Positions 33,117-42,008 of a DNA stretch of 64,000 bases are shown one piece after another (the stretch's first letter is position 1; each line of letters begins with the position of its first letter). The notes under the pieces were generated by a model. That model was not told the origin of the DNA. It made no database searches and worked only from the letters and a program-made list of their open reading frames with translations. A program made the translations under genes and the position numbers. Source of the DNA: Naegleria gruberi (taxonomy: Eukaryota); the NCBI GenBank assembly GCA_000004985.1, contig GG738849.1. One strand, given 5' to 3'.

Positions 33117-35064
33117 TTAATATTTAATGTCTTGGACTGGTTCATCATTTCGGGATGTACTCAAAGAGGAAACACTCTGTGTGTCAGAAATCATGCTGAG
33201 TATATTACTGCTGGTAAGTTTGTTCTTATTACTCCTTCCTGCTAGTACTGACAAGTTGGTATTACTCTGGCTGTCTAAAAGTTGTTCTCTCATGAATTTA
33301 ACTTGTTGAATGAGTTCTGAATTTTCTGAAACCAAATCATCGTATGCTCCTGTTAATATTGAGAGTTTGTCATTATTTTGCATGTCCCTTTTCTGCATTT
33401 GCTCCTCCAACCTTAAAATATAATTCTCTGATTGGGTCAGTTCTTTTGAAACAATTTTCCTACTCTTTCTTTCAGATTCCAGTTTTTCCTTTAGTTTTTC
33501 ATTTTCTACCTTTAATTGTTCAATTATTCCCTTTTGAATTTCTTGTTTAATCCTCATTTCCTTAACAATCCTTGATTCTTTCGGGGTTATGCTTAGAGAA
33601 GAAGAATCGAGAAAAGACTTTAAAGAGCTAGTTAAATTTCTTGTCCTTTCAGTTTGGGATCCATCACTTTCAATGGTCAATTTTTGAAGTAAGGAACTAA
33701 TTTCTGATGTGAGAGATTCTCTTAAGCTCTCTGTTGCTCTTTCATTTTCATACCTATATTTGATTTCTTCTATTTTCTCTCGAAGAGAATAAATTACACT
33801 ATCCTTTTCACTAGATGTCATATTCAACACGGGGAATTTCTTTGGAGTACTATTCAGTAGGGATTGAGAAAGCTTTACGATGGGTGAGTCTTCAGCGCTT
33901 GGAATATCTTTTCGCAAGGTACTATTAACACTTGACAATTCTTCATCAGAAAGATGTTTAGAGAGAGACCGTCTTCCTTTCTTTACGTATGGTCTTTGAC
34001 TTCTAGTGAGGAATTTCTCCAACTCTTCAACTTGTGTTACAAATTGCTCTTCCAAATCGTTCTTTTCCTTAGTGACATCGTCGAGAGCATATTTCAACAC
34101 TCTGTTTGCCTCAATCATTGAATAGAGATCATTATCGGTCTCTAACCCATCATCGTCAGGAATTGGGGTAATGTCAATATTGTGTACAGAATCTATGAGA
34201 AGAGATGAATTTCTTGAAGAAGAATTTACACTTTTGCTCTAGGAATTAGAATTTGTAAATCGTCATCTGCTTGCACTTCCTGATCAATTGAATCATCCAA
34301 ATTGTACACTAATTTTTGAATAGGTTGAGGTGAAGAAGGGTCTTCAGTATTAAAATCCAATTGACTTGCACCATTCGGAGAATCACTAAGGCCAGTCGAA
34401 ATTGAACTAATTTCCGAATTTTCCTCATCCTCTGTATCAGTCATTTTGTATTTATCTGTTGCATATATTCTTCTTGAAAGTGGTTTTTGAGGAGAGGAAG
34501 TTTTTGAGGATTTCTTAATGGCTGATTGAAACATTCTCTCAACTTTTAATCGTTGGGCTTTTTGAATATCAAAATTTTCGGAAATGGCATTACAATATTC
34601 GGATGATGTATTATTGTTCAAAATATAATTATTATTATTATTCGATCGAGATGGGATGGGTTGGAAGTATTATCTTGTTGATGGTAGGGTAATTCTCTGG
34701 AGTAGGAAAACTTTCTAGGAGCATTGCTTCGAATTGGATTGCTGGATGGATGATGGTAATTGATAATATTTTCCTGATATTGTTGAAGATTTTGTTCGGA
34801 AAGAGTTGGATAATGGCTTGATGAATTTAAGGATGAAGAAGAGGAATTGGCAAAGGATGAATTTCTCGATATGACTGCAATGGAAGTACTAGATGATGAG
34901 AGCGAGGGCCTTCTTCCCCGAGAGGAGGTGGATTTCATTGGGGAATTTGAGGCTGCTACAATAATGGCAGCACTTCTCATTCCCAGCTCATCGAGGTAAT
35001 TGCCCTCTCCAATCAATGATGATGATGAAGATGAGGAAAGCAATGATGAGGTCGGTAGACTCAT
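33117..35064 (-). CDS. coiled-coil protein; the gene model is broken by one unresolved frame change
   Basis: There are three ORFs. ORF 34621..34226 joins 34238..33117 in frame through a 38-nt GTGCAA..TAG intron at 34276..34239. ORF 35064..34618 cannot be joined to 34621.. by any GT-AG intron. That frame change lies at or near the (AAT)5 tract at 34628..34642. Confidence 0.4.
34628..34642. repeat. (ATT/AAT)5 microsatellite at a frame break
   Basis: attattattattatt on the plus strand. It reads as N5 in the downstream frame and IIII in the upstream frame. Confidence 0.8.
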
Positions 35065-35115
35065 TTCTTTGAGAAGAATTTAGGTATTTTCTGAAGGAGA
35101 AAAAATGTAAATGGA

Positions 35116-35129
35116 TTTTGGCGCCAAAA
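35116..35129. promoter_or_regulatory. perfect palindromic E2F-like site TTTTGGCGCCAAAA
   Basis: 14-bp perfect palindrome, about 55 bp upstream of the minus-strand ATG at 35064. Confidence 0.45.
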
Positions 35130-35218
35130 TTATCAGTTCAACATTAAGAAATAATGTCATTTGAAGTGTAAAGCATGTTTCATAGAATATGCAAATAAAA
35201 GAAAGAAATATATATTTA

Positions 35219-37045
35219 CTATTTCTTTCTGAGAGTGAGTCCAGTGAGTTTGGACAGAGTGAAAAATACTAATGTGTGTAAAGTCACCAGATAAAAGAAG
35301 AGGAATAAACGACCAAGTTTGTGGGATAGCATTAAACCACTACATCTATAAATAAGCTTCTCAGCTGCATTCATATTGTTTAGTCTGTCTTCTCTTTCCT
35401 TCTTGTGGAATCTCTTGAAAGGATCTAATTCTTGTTCATAGAGCTTTTCGTACTTGTTTTGAATTGGTTCATATTCCATATTTGATTCAGGATTTGGTTT
35501 GTTTCTACTTGTTGATGTATTATTACCAAATGATTGTAAATATTTAGTCTTTTCATACAGCTTCAAATTCTCCTTTCTGAGTTTTCCAACCTCATTTTCA
35601 ACTTGTTCCATTTGCTGTTTCAATTGGGCATATTGCTCCTCCATGACATTATTCTTGTCTCTGAAACGGTTACGTTGCTCTGTAAGAATTGATATGAGGG
35701 ATTGAGCATCAGTGGATTCTTCATTCTTTGGTGATTTCATTAAATTGTCCACATTGGATTCCAATCTCTCAATCATGGATGCTTGTTCCTTTGTTTTGGC
35801 TGAAAGTTGAGTGAGTTCTGTGTTGAGCGTTTCGATTTTTTCTTCCTTTTCTCTATTGTTTTGATTGGATTTGGTCAAATCATTTTCCAATTTCATAACC
35901 TTTTCCTTCAATAATTGCTCAACAGTCTTCTCTTGCAAGTTATTGTCATAGCCAAATTCCAATTGTTGAAGTGTGTCAATTCGTTCTCTAAGTTTGGACA
36001 TTTCCTCTCTGGATGGTCTTTGATTCAATTCATGTTGAGTATTCAACAAGAGTTGATGTTGTTGGTGGATTTGATCTTGTAGTTGTTGGATATTTTCCAT
36101 TTTTTCTCTATTTTCCTGTTTAAGGTCATTAATCTTTGTCAGATATTCAGTTTTCATTTCATTAATCATTAATTCCTCATCTACTCGTCCTTCAGAATTT
36201 TCAACAACAGATTTGGCTTGAGATTTCAATTCTAAAATTTCATTTTCATACTTTAACACTTGCTCATGATGCATATCGGATTGATACTGTTTTGATGCTT
36301 CAATTTCTTCAATCTTAGTCTTTAGTTCATAATTTACATTTTGAGTCTCATTGTACAAGTTTGATAAACGGTCATTTTCATTTTTCAACTCCTTGAGTTC
36401 ACTTTGCATTATCAGCTCACGATCTTTGAATTTTTGAATCATTAACTCGTGCTCTTTGGATAATTCATTTTGATTCTTGTACTTTAAAATTTCTTCCTCT
36501 AGCTTTCTAATTGTAACTTCTTGATTTTTCAAATGAGTAAATTCATGTTCATATTCAGTCAATTGTTTTTTCAATTCCTTGATTGTATTTTCATATTCTT
36601 CCTGGCTAGCCTGTTGTTGTGACATTTGTTGATATTTACAAATAATGTGATATGGATCAGGGGCTTCTCTTATTGGCTGATACAATTCCAAGAATAATTT
36701 TTCAGCATTCATTCCTCTGTTTGTCAGAGAATCAATCTCATCTTGATACGATTTGAGCAGTTTTGAGAATGAATTTAATTTTTCATCATTATTCAACTTT
36801 TTAAAATTCTTTGTAAGAGTTGCCAAGTTTTTTCTACTATTAGCTGTTTGTTCTCTAACCTTTACAATATTTAATCCTTGTTCATCAAAAAAGTCTCTCT
36901 TTTTATCTAATTCAATAGTTTTCCACAATTCTTTACATTTTTGTAAATCATTTAAATACATCATTGTTACTGATGAGGTGGGAATTATCGGATCGTTATT
37001 AGAACCACCCGATGATGATGAAGGGACTGTTGGTTGCAACGACAT
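35219..37045 (-). CDS. CASP: CASP (CUX1-alternative-product type golgin, tail-anchored)
   Basis: Near-colinear with CASP. Matching blocks are ELWKTIELDKKRDFFDEQG..SRKNLATLTKNFKK..LLKSYQDEIDSLTNR..EAPDPY, LKNQEVTIRKLEEEI, ILTEQRNRFRDKN, LYEKTKYLQSF and YEQELDPFKRFHKKERE. There is a C-terminal TM (LFLFFYLVTLHTLVFFTL). Confidence 0.9.
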   Translation of the reverse strand: MSLQPTVPSSSSGGSNNDPIIPTSSVTMMYLNDLQKCKELWKTIELDKKRDFFDEQGLNIVKVREQTANSRKNLATLTKNFKKLNNDEKLNSFSKLLKSYQDEIDSLTNRGMNAEKLFLELYQPIREAPDPYHIICKYQQMSQQQASQEEYENTIKELKKQLTEYEHEFTHLKNQEVTIRKLEEEILKYKNQNELSKEHELMIQKFKDRELIMQSELKELKNENDRLSNLYNETQNVNYELKTKIEEIEASKQYQSDMHHEQVLKYENEILELKSQAKSVVENSEGRVDEELMINEMKTEYLTKINDLKQENREKMENIQQLQDQIHQQHQLLLNTQHELNQRPSREEMSKLRERIDTLQQLEFGYDNNLQEKTVEQLLKEKVMKLENDLTKSNQNNREKEEKIETLNTELTQLSAKTKEQASMIERLESNVDNLMKSPKNEESTDAQSLISILTEQRNRFRDKNNVMEEQYAQLKQQMEQVENEVGKLRKENLKLYEKTKYLQSFGNNTSTSRNKPNPESNMEYEPIQNKYEKLYEQELDPFKRFHKKEREDRLNNMNAAEKLIYRCSGLMLSHKLGRLFLFFYLVTLHTLVFFTLSKLTGLTLRKK

Positions 37046-37247
37046 TTTTTTTATGTGATGATGTCATTCGATTTTGTCAGTGGGCAATTTTAGATAGGTT
37101 TCTTTAGTTTATTTGATTAATATAAAATTGAAATTAGCAAATAATTTAACTTACGGATTATCATTATGATTTGTTCTATGATGGATTGAACATGTATTTA
37201 ATGAAAACTAGTTGTTATATATTATTAAAATTTTAAAACTAAAAAAA

Positions 37248-37550
37248 ATGGTAAGTTTTATTGGAGGGATGTGCTAATAATATTCTCATCAATTTAAAAA
37301 TTAGTCATCATCGGATCAAGCCAATCAATTGGAATTATTGAAGAATAAATTTGTTGGAGTTGGACATGCTGATATCACAAAATTTGAATGGGCTGTAAAT
37401 CAACATAGAGATAGTTATGCATCATATGTATCACATTACCCAATGTTATCATATTTTGCCATGATTGAAAATGAATCCGTTCATAGAGAAAGATATCAAT
37501 TTATTGAACGAATGATTAAACCTTGTGGAAATAAGCCAACTAAGCAATAA
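37248..37550 (+). CDS. SF3B5: splicing factor 3B subunit 5 (SF3b10)
   Basis: Exon 1 is the ATG only (37248..37250), followed directly by GTAAGT. The intron spans 37251..37304 (54 nt). Exon 2 is 37305..37550: SSSDQANQLELLKNKFVGVGHADITKFEWAVNQHRDSYASYVSHYPMLSYFAMIENESVHRERYQFIERMIKPCG. Confidence 0.9.
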
Positions 37551-37551
37551 T

Positions 37552-38385
37552 TTATTTTAACAACCAATACAGTAATACAAACGAAACAACTTGTAATGCA
37601 AGTTCAACCTTATACTTTCCAATAAAATTTAAAATATATCTAGTAAGTGAGGTTAGACCTCCACTGTTGCTACTTCTGGATTGTGATTCAATTGATGGTT
37701 TTTGATTATTCTGAGTTACAGAAGTGTTAGATTGGGTGGCTGGTATTGATTCCTTATGTGTCACTTGTTTTGTTGATGGTGGCAGAGCAGAATATCCTCC
37801 GTCATCATAATCCTCGTCTTGTGGCTCTGCAAAATATGCACCTCCAGATTGTTTGAATTTACTATTTCTATACATGTAGGAGAGCTTGTTAAAATTATTT
37901 TGATGCTCAGTAATGGCTTGTGCTTCTTTCATTTGTGATTCCTCTCGTTCCAAATAATCTTCCAATGTATGTCTTTCTTGTTGAGGAAGTGTTTTCATTG
38001 ATTCATTTCCGAGTAATTCTTTTGCCTTGTCAAATAATTGAAGTTTAATGCAAAATTGAATGTAGAGAGTTAAAGTTTTTTGAGATAAACTTGTTGGAGG
38101 AATTTCAAATAATTTATGTACTGATTCATATTCTTGTATTTCATAATAACATTGAATGAGTGTTGAAATAATAAATTCTTGAAGTTGCGAATTTCTAATA
38201 TTTAAAGTAATATTGTCAATACTTGTTCCGTATTGTTTTCCTATACATCCAATACATTCTTTAAATTGTTTTAATTTGAAATGTTTTTTAATTGTTGTGA
38301 TGGTCCACAAATCTACCTTTCCAACCTCCGATAATAATGATGCACCTGATGATGAAGAGCTACTACTTGTTGATGTACGGAGCAT
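37552..38385 (-). CDS. hypothetical tail-anchored protein (TPR-like N-domain; PEX26-like is only a guess)
   Basis: 277-aa ORF with a single C-terminal TM (VELALQVVSFVLLYWLL). Its stop codon at 37552..37554 lies 1 nt from the SF3B5 stop. Confidence 0.4.
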   Translation of the reverse strand: MLRTSTSSSSSSSGASLLSEVGKVDLWTITTIKKHFKLKQFKECIGCIGKQYGTSIDNITLNIRNSQLQEFIISTLIQCYYEIQEYESVHKLFEIPPTSLSQKTLTLYIQFCIKLQLFDKAKELLGNESMKTLPQQERHTLEDYLEREESQMKEAQAITEHQNNFNKLSYMYRNSKFKQSGGAYFAEPQDEDYDDGGYSALPPSTKQVTHKESIPATQSNTSVTQNNQKPSIESQSRSSNSGGLTSLTRYILNFIGKYKVELALQVVSFVLLYWLLK

Positions 38386-38501
38386 TTTTAATAATAATGA
38401 TTTATTATTGAAATTACTTTTTGCGCCTTAAATTTAAAAAAGTGAACGTTAATCAGTACTGGTTATTTGAAAACTCTCATAAGGAATCATCTTTAAAAAA
38501 A

Positions 38502-40553
38502 ATGGAACAACCTTACCCTTACTCCCATTTTTCAACCACCAACAATTATAACCAAAGGAATAATATGTGGATGAAGGAATCAGAAGACCCTGCCTATGTA
38601 TATAATTATAGTGCCACAGACGATGATATGTCATCCTCATACGAATATTCTTCAAATTGGAGCCAAAGTGCCTCGAACTATTCAGCAAATACAGCAACTA
38701 CCCAATCTTCTCTCACTTCAAAAGAATCCGAGCAGGTTGATCAATTCTTATCATCACTCTATGGATCCGATTATGAAAATATTATTAGTGATGACTCGAG
38801 TTGGAATTCAAGGCAAACGTCTGACCAATTTAAAAACGTGGCCAATATGTCGTTAGCAGAGCTTAATGATGCCCTAAACATCATGTTGCCTTATGAATCA
38901 CCAAACAAAACTACTTCATCAGAGAATAGTAGTGGCAAAATTTCTTCTTCCCATTCACCAACTTTGAAACCTTCAACCAGAAAGACTTCAAATAATTCAA
39001 TCTTTCATGCCCTCTATGAGAATAGTAATGACTGTTTTAGTGGAGCAAAATCTTGTATTGATCTCTCGTCGACGAGTGGCAGTAACAAGGAGAATACCTA
39101 TGCAACTAGCCCTTTGTCCAGTAACAGATCATCTCTATGTTTATCGCCATGTTCTACCAGTAGCTCTCTAACAAAGGTTAGAGAATTCAATCTCCAAACC
39201 GAGAAGAGATCCAGAATTATTAATAATGATATTGTGAAAAAAGAGGAGAAAGAATGTACTTTTCGACCAAAAATCAATTCAACCTCGTCAAGCATTGTAC
39301 AGTGTGACAAGTTTCACGACAGATTAGTAAAATGGCAAGAGAAAAAACGAAAAGAAACTGAGAGAAAGAGAGAGGAATTACTTCAGGAAGAAAATACTCA
39401 ATGTACATTTAAACCAAAAGTATTTTCAGTATCCTCAAATACAGAATCAGATGCGTGTATCAAGCTATTCAACAGTGCAACAAAGTTGGTCGAGAAAAAG
39501 AAGCACAATATTAAAAAGTTGGAACAAGAAGAAATGAAAGAATGTTCCTTCAAGCCATCCATATCAGGAGATCCTTCAGTACAATCAAGGTATTTGGATC
39601 AATCAAAGAAATCAACATCTACTGTGGAGGATGAAGAATGTACCTTCCAGCCAAACATTAGAAAGTCCATTGGAGGACAAAACTCTTCCTATCTTAAGAG
39701 TAATCCCTTTGAAAGATTGAGTAAGGTAAATAGATCTAGAATGGAATTTGATGAAAAAGATTCATTGTTGGATGAATTGACTGATTTGGAATCAGTCGAT
39801 TCATCAAATCAATCAAGTTGGCAGTCTTCTAGACCAAGTTCTGCACCATCCTCAAGGGGAGGAAGAGCTTACCAGGCATCTGTTGAGGAAACTAGTAGAA
39901 AAACCTTTAAGGATTTCATAGACAGGCAACAAAACACAATGAAAAGGAAGGAGCAAAAGATAAATTTCATTAAGAGCAATATGGAACACTCACACAAGCC
40001 TTCAATCAACAAAACTAGTATTGATTTGGCGAAAAATAGAAGTAAGACACCTTTTGAAGAACGGGTAAAGAATGAAATTAACAGAAAGAAACTAAATGAA
40101 AGGCAACAATCCGCACTTGCTGAGAAAAATTGTACATTCCAGCCCCAAATTAACAAAACCTCAAAACAGCTACCCTCGAGAGGGGTGGAAGAGTTGAGTA
40201 AGGGAGATTTGAACCTGAAACAAAAGAAAATAGAACAAACAAAGAAGGTTCTTGAGAGAAGTGAGTTTAAAGACGTAACATTCAAACCAAAAACCAACAA
40301 TGGTACTAAAGCCAAGTCAATTCTCAAATTATCGACTGAACCAGAAACCTATATTGAAAGAATTACTCAATATAAGGAACGAAATGAATACAAGAAGAAA
40401 ATGATGCTGCTTTCAAAGGAACAAAAAGAGCTCGAAGAGTGTACCTTCAAGCCACAAATTCACGATGCACCAGTTTATGTTAAAGAGATTGCTAAATCGA
40501 TGGCATTTGCAAGACAATTAGAGAATCAAGAAATACAAATTAAATGGCGTTAG
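38502..40553 (+). CDS. repeat protein with seven (E/K)-C-T-F-x-P-x-I motifs
   Basis: ATG at 38502 after A8. The motifs are KECTFRPKI, TQCTFKPKV, KECSFKPSI, EECTFQPNI, KNCTFQPQI, KDVTFKPKT and EECTFKPQI. They are spaced 30-85 aa apart in K/E-rich sequence. Confidence 0.55.
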   Translation: MEQPYPYSHFSTTNNYNQRNNMWMKESEDPAYVYNYSATDDDMSSSYEYSSNWSQSASNYSANTATTQSSLTSKESEQVDQFLSSLYGSDYENIISDDSSWNSRQTSDQFKNVANMSLAELNDALNIMLPYESPNKTTSSENSSGKISSSHSPTLKPSTRKTSNNSIFHALYENSNDCFSGAKSCIDLSSTSGSNKENTYATSPLSSNRSSLCLSPCSTSSSLTKVREFNLQTEKRSRIINNDIVKKEEKECTFRPKINSTSSSIVQCDKFHDRLVKWQEKKRKETERKREELLQEENTQCTFKPKVFSVSSNTESDACIKLFNSATKLVEKKKHNIKKLEQEEMKECSFKPSISGDPSVQSRYLDQSKKSTSTVEDEECTFQPNIRKSIGGQNSSYLKSNPFERLSKVNRSRMEFDEKDSLLDELTDLESVDSSNQSSWQSSRPSSAPSSRGGRAYQASVEETSRKTFKDFIDRQQNTMKRKEQKINFIKSNMEHSHKPSINKTSIDLAKNRSKTPFEERVKNEINRKKLNERQQSALAEKNCTFQPQINKTSKQLPSRGVEELSKGDLNLKQKKIEQTKKVLERSEFKDVTFKPKTNNGTKAKSILKLSTEPETYIERITQYKERNEYKKKMMLLSKEQKELEECTFKPQIHDAPVYVKEIAKSMAFARQLENQEIQIKWR

Positions 40554-40633
40554 TTTATTTTCTTCTGTTTTATTTGCTTAATTAACATATTGTTTATGAA
40601 CAAAACGGTTTTCTAATTGGAAAATGAGGGAAT

Positions 40634-40659
40634 TTTTGGCGCCAATTTTGTTTCCCGCC
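40634..40659. promoter_or_regulatory. tandem E2F-like sites: TTTTGGCGCCAATTTT plus TTTCCCGCC
   Basis: GGCGCC is at 40638..40643 and canonical TTTCCCGCC at 40651..40659, 45-65 bp upstream of ATG 40702. Confidence 0.5.
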
Positions 40660-40701
40660 TTTCAAATCACATCAAAATCTTAATAAAACAATTTAAAAAA
40701 A

Positions 40702-41980
40702 ATGGAACCAATTGATGACTCTGATCTCGAAAATGCTATGCAGGATACTAACTCTACAAATCTCTCCACTCTAGAGAAAAAGTTAAAGGAGAAGAATCAG
40801 CAGCTGAAAAAGGTTTGTATTATCTTGTTGTCTACGAATGTCAACACAACATAGCTATCAAAAGCTTTCTATGCTCTCCAACAAGAGAAGAGAGACTTGG
40901 AAGAGTATTGTATTGTGTTGGAATCGGAAAATATGGAATTTAAAAAAGTTAGGGAACAAATGGATTTCCTCAAAAGCAAAGACGAAGACATTGCTAGACA
41001 ACATCAAAAGCTTTTAGAAAATGAGGAAAGACACATTCAAAAATTGGAAAGAGATATTGAAAAGTATAAAGACGAGAAGAAGAAACTTCAATCAAAGATC
41101 AAGGATTACTTTCTTCCTGAAATCAAAAAATTGCAAATGCTTAGTTCAAAACTGGAAAAGAGTAACATTATGCAAAAAAATCAAATCAAGGAATTTAAAC
41201 GAGAAGTCCAAGAAAAGAATCAAAGGATTAATGAAATGATTGAAGAAAATAGAAGGGATGAATCTCTTCAGAATATCAAGTTTCTTAGAGATCAAAATTC
41301 GACACTTCAAGCAGATCTTAAAGTACTGAAACAAAAACTTGTCACAAAGAACGCATTATGTGAAGATCAGTATGTTGAGCTTCAAGATCTGAGAGCAAAA
41401 GTCGAGGATTTGGATAACAAGCTAGCAAGGAAAACAAATTGGAATCAACAGACTCAATTATTTTACACAGAAAAGAAAGAGCACATAGATGTATTAAAGA
41501 GGGAAAAGATGGCACTCACACGACAACTTAAAAAAGAAGGTAAAAAAGCAACGAAACGAGAAGAAATTATTACAGACCTACTGGAAAGAAATGCTAAACT
41601 GAGAGAGGCCCTTATATGTACGAGTGTTCCTCCAGCCACAGTAGTTGACCATGTTGTCGAAAAATCATTCTATGACAATGTTTCGAATCAACTTAAACTT
41701 ATACAGCAACAGTTAGATATGGACGTGGTTGGTGATCCGTAAGTACTATTAGTTTTATAAGATTATTAATTATCAAAATAATCATTTGTTTAAAAACAGA
41801 GAGCACATTGAAACCAACAGACTTGAAAAGGTAGTTCAAGAAATTCCAATCACATTCCCAACATCCCCACCAAGATTTGATGATAACAAAGAATTAACAA
41901 AAGAACTGAAAAATGAAAGTGCAAGACTTCTCACAAAATCAGTGTTTTTAACGAACGAATTTAAGGAAGTCAACATTTAA
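40702..41980 (+). CDS. coiled-coil protein
   Basis: Exons are 40702..40812, 40855..41738 and 41800..41980. Introns are 42 nt (GTTTGT) and 61 nt (GTAAGT). The protein shows heptad-rich K/E/L sequence throughout. Confidence 0.55.
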
Positions 41981-42008
41981 TGAAACTTGTAAATATATAA
42001 ATTATAAC

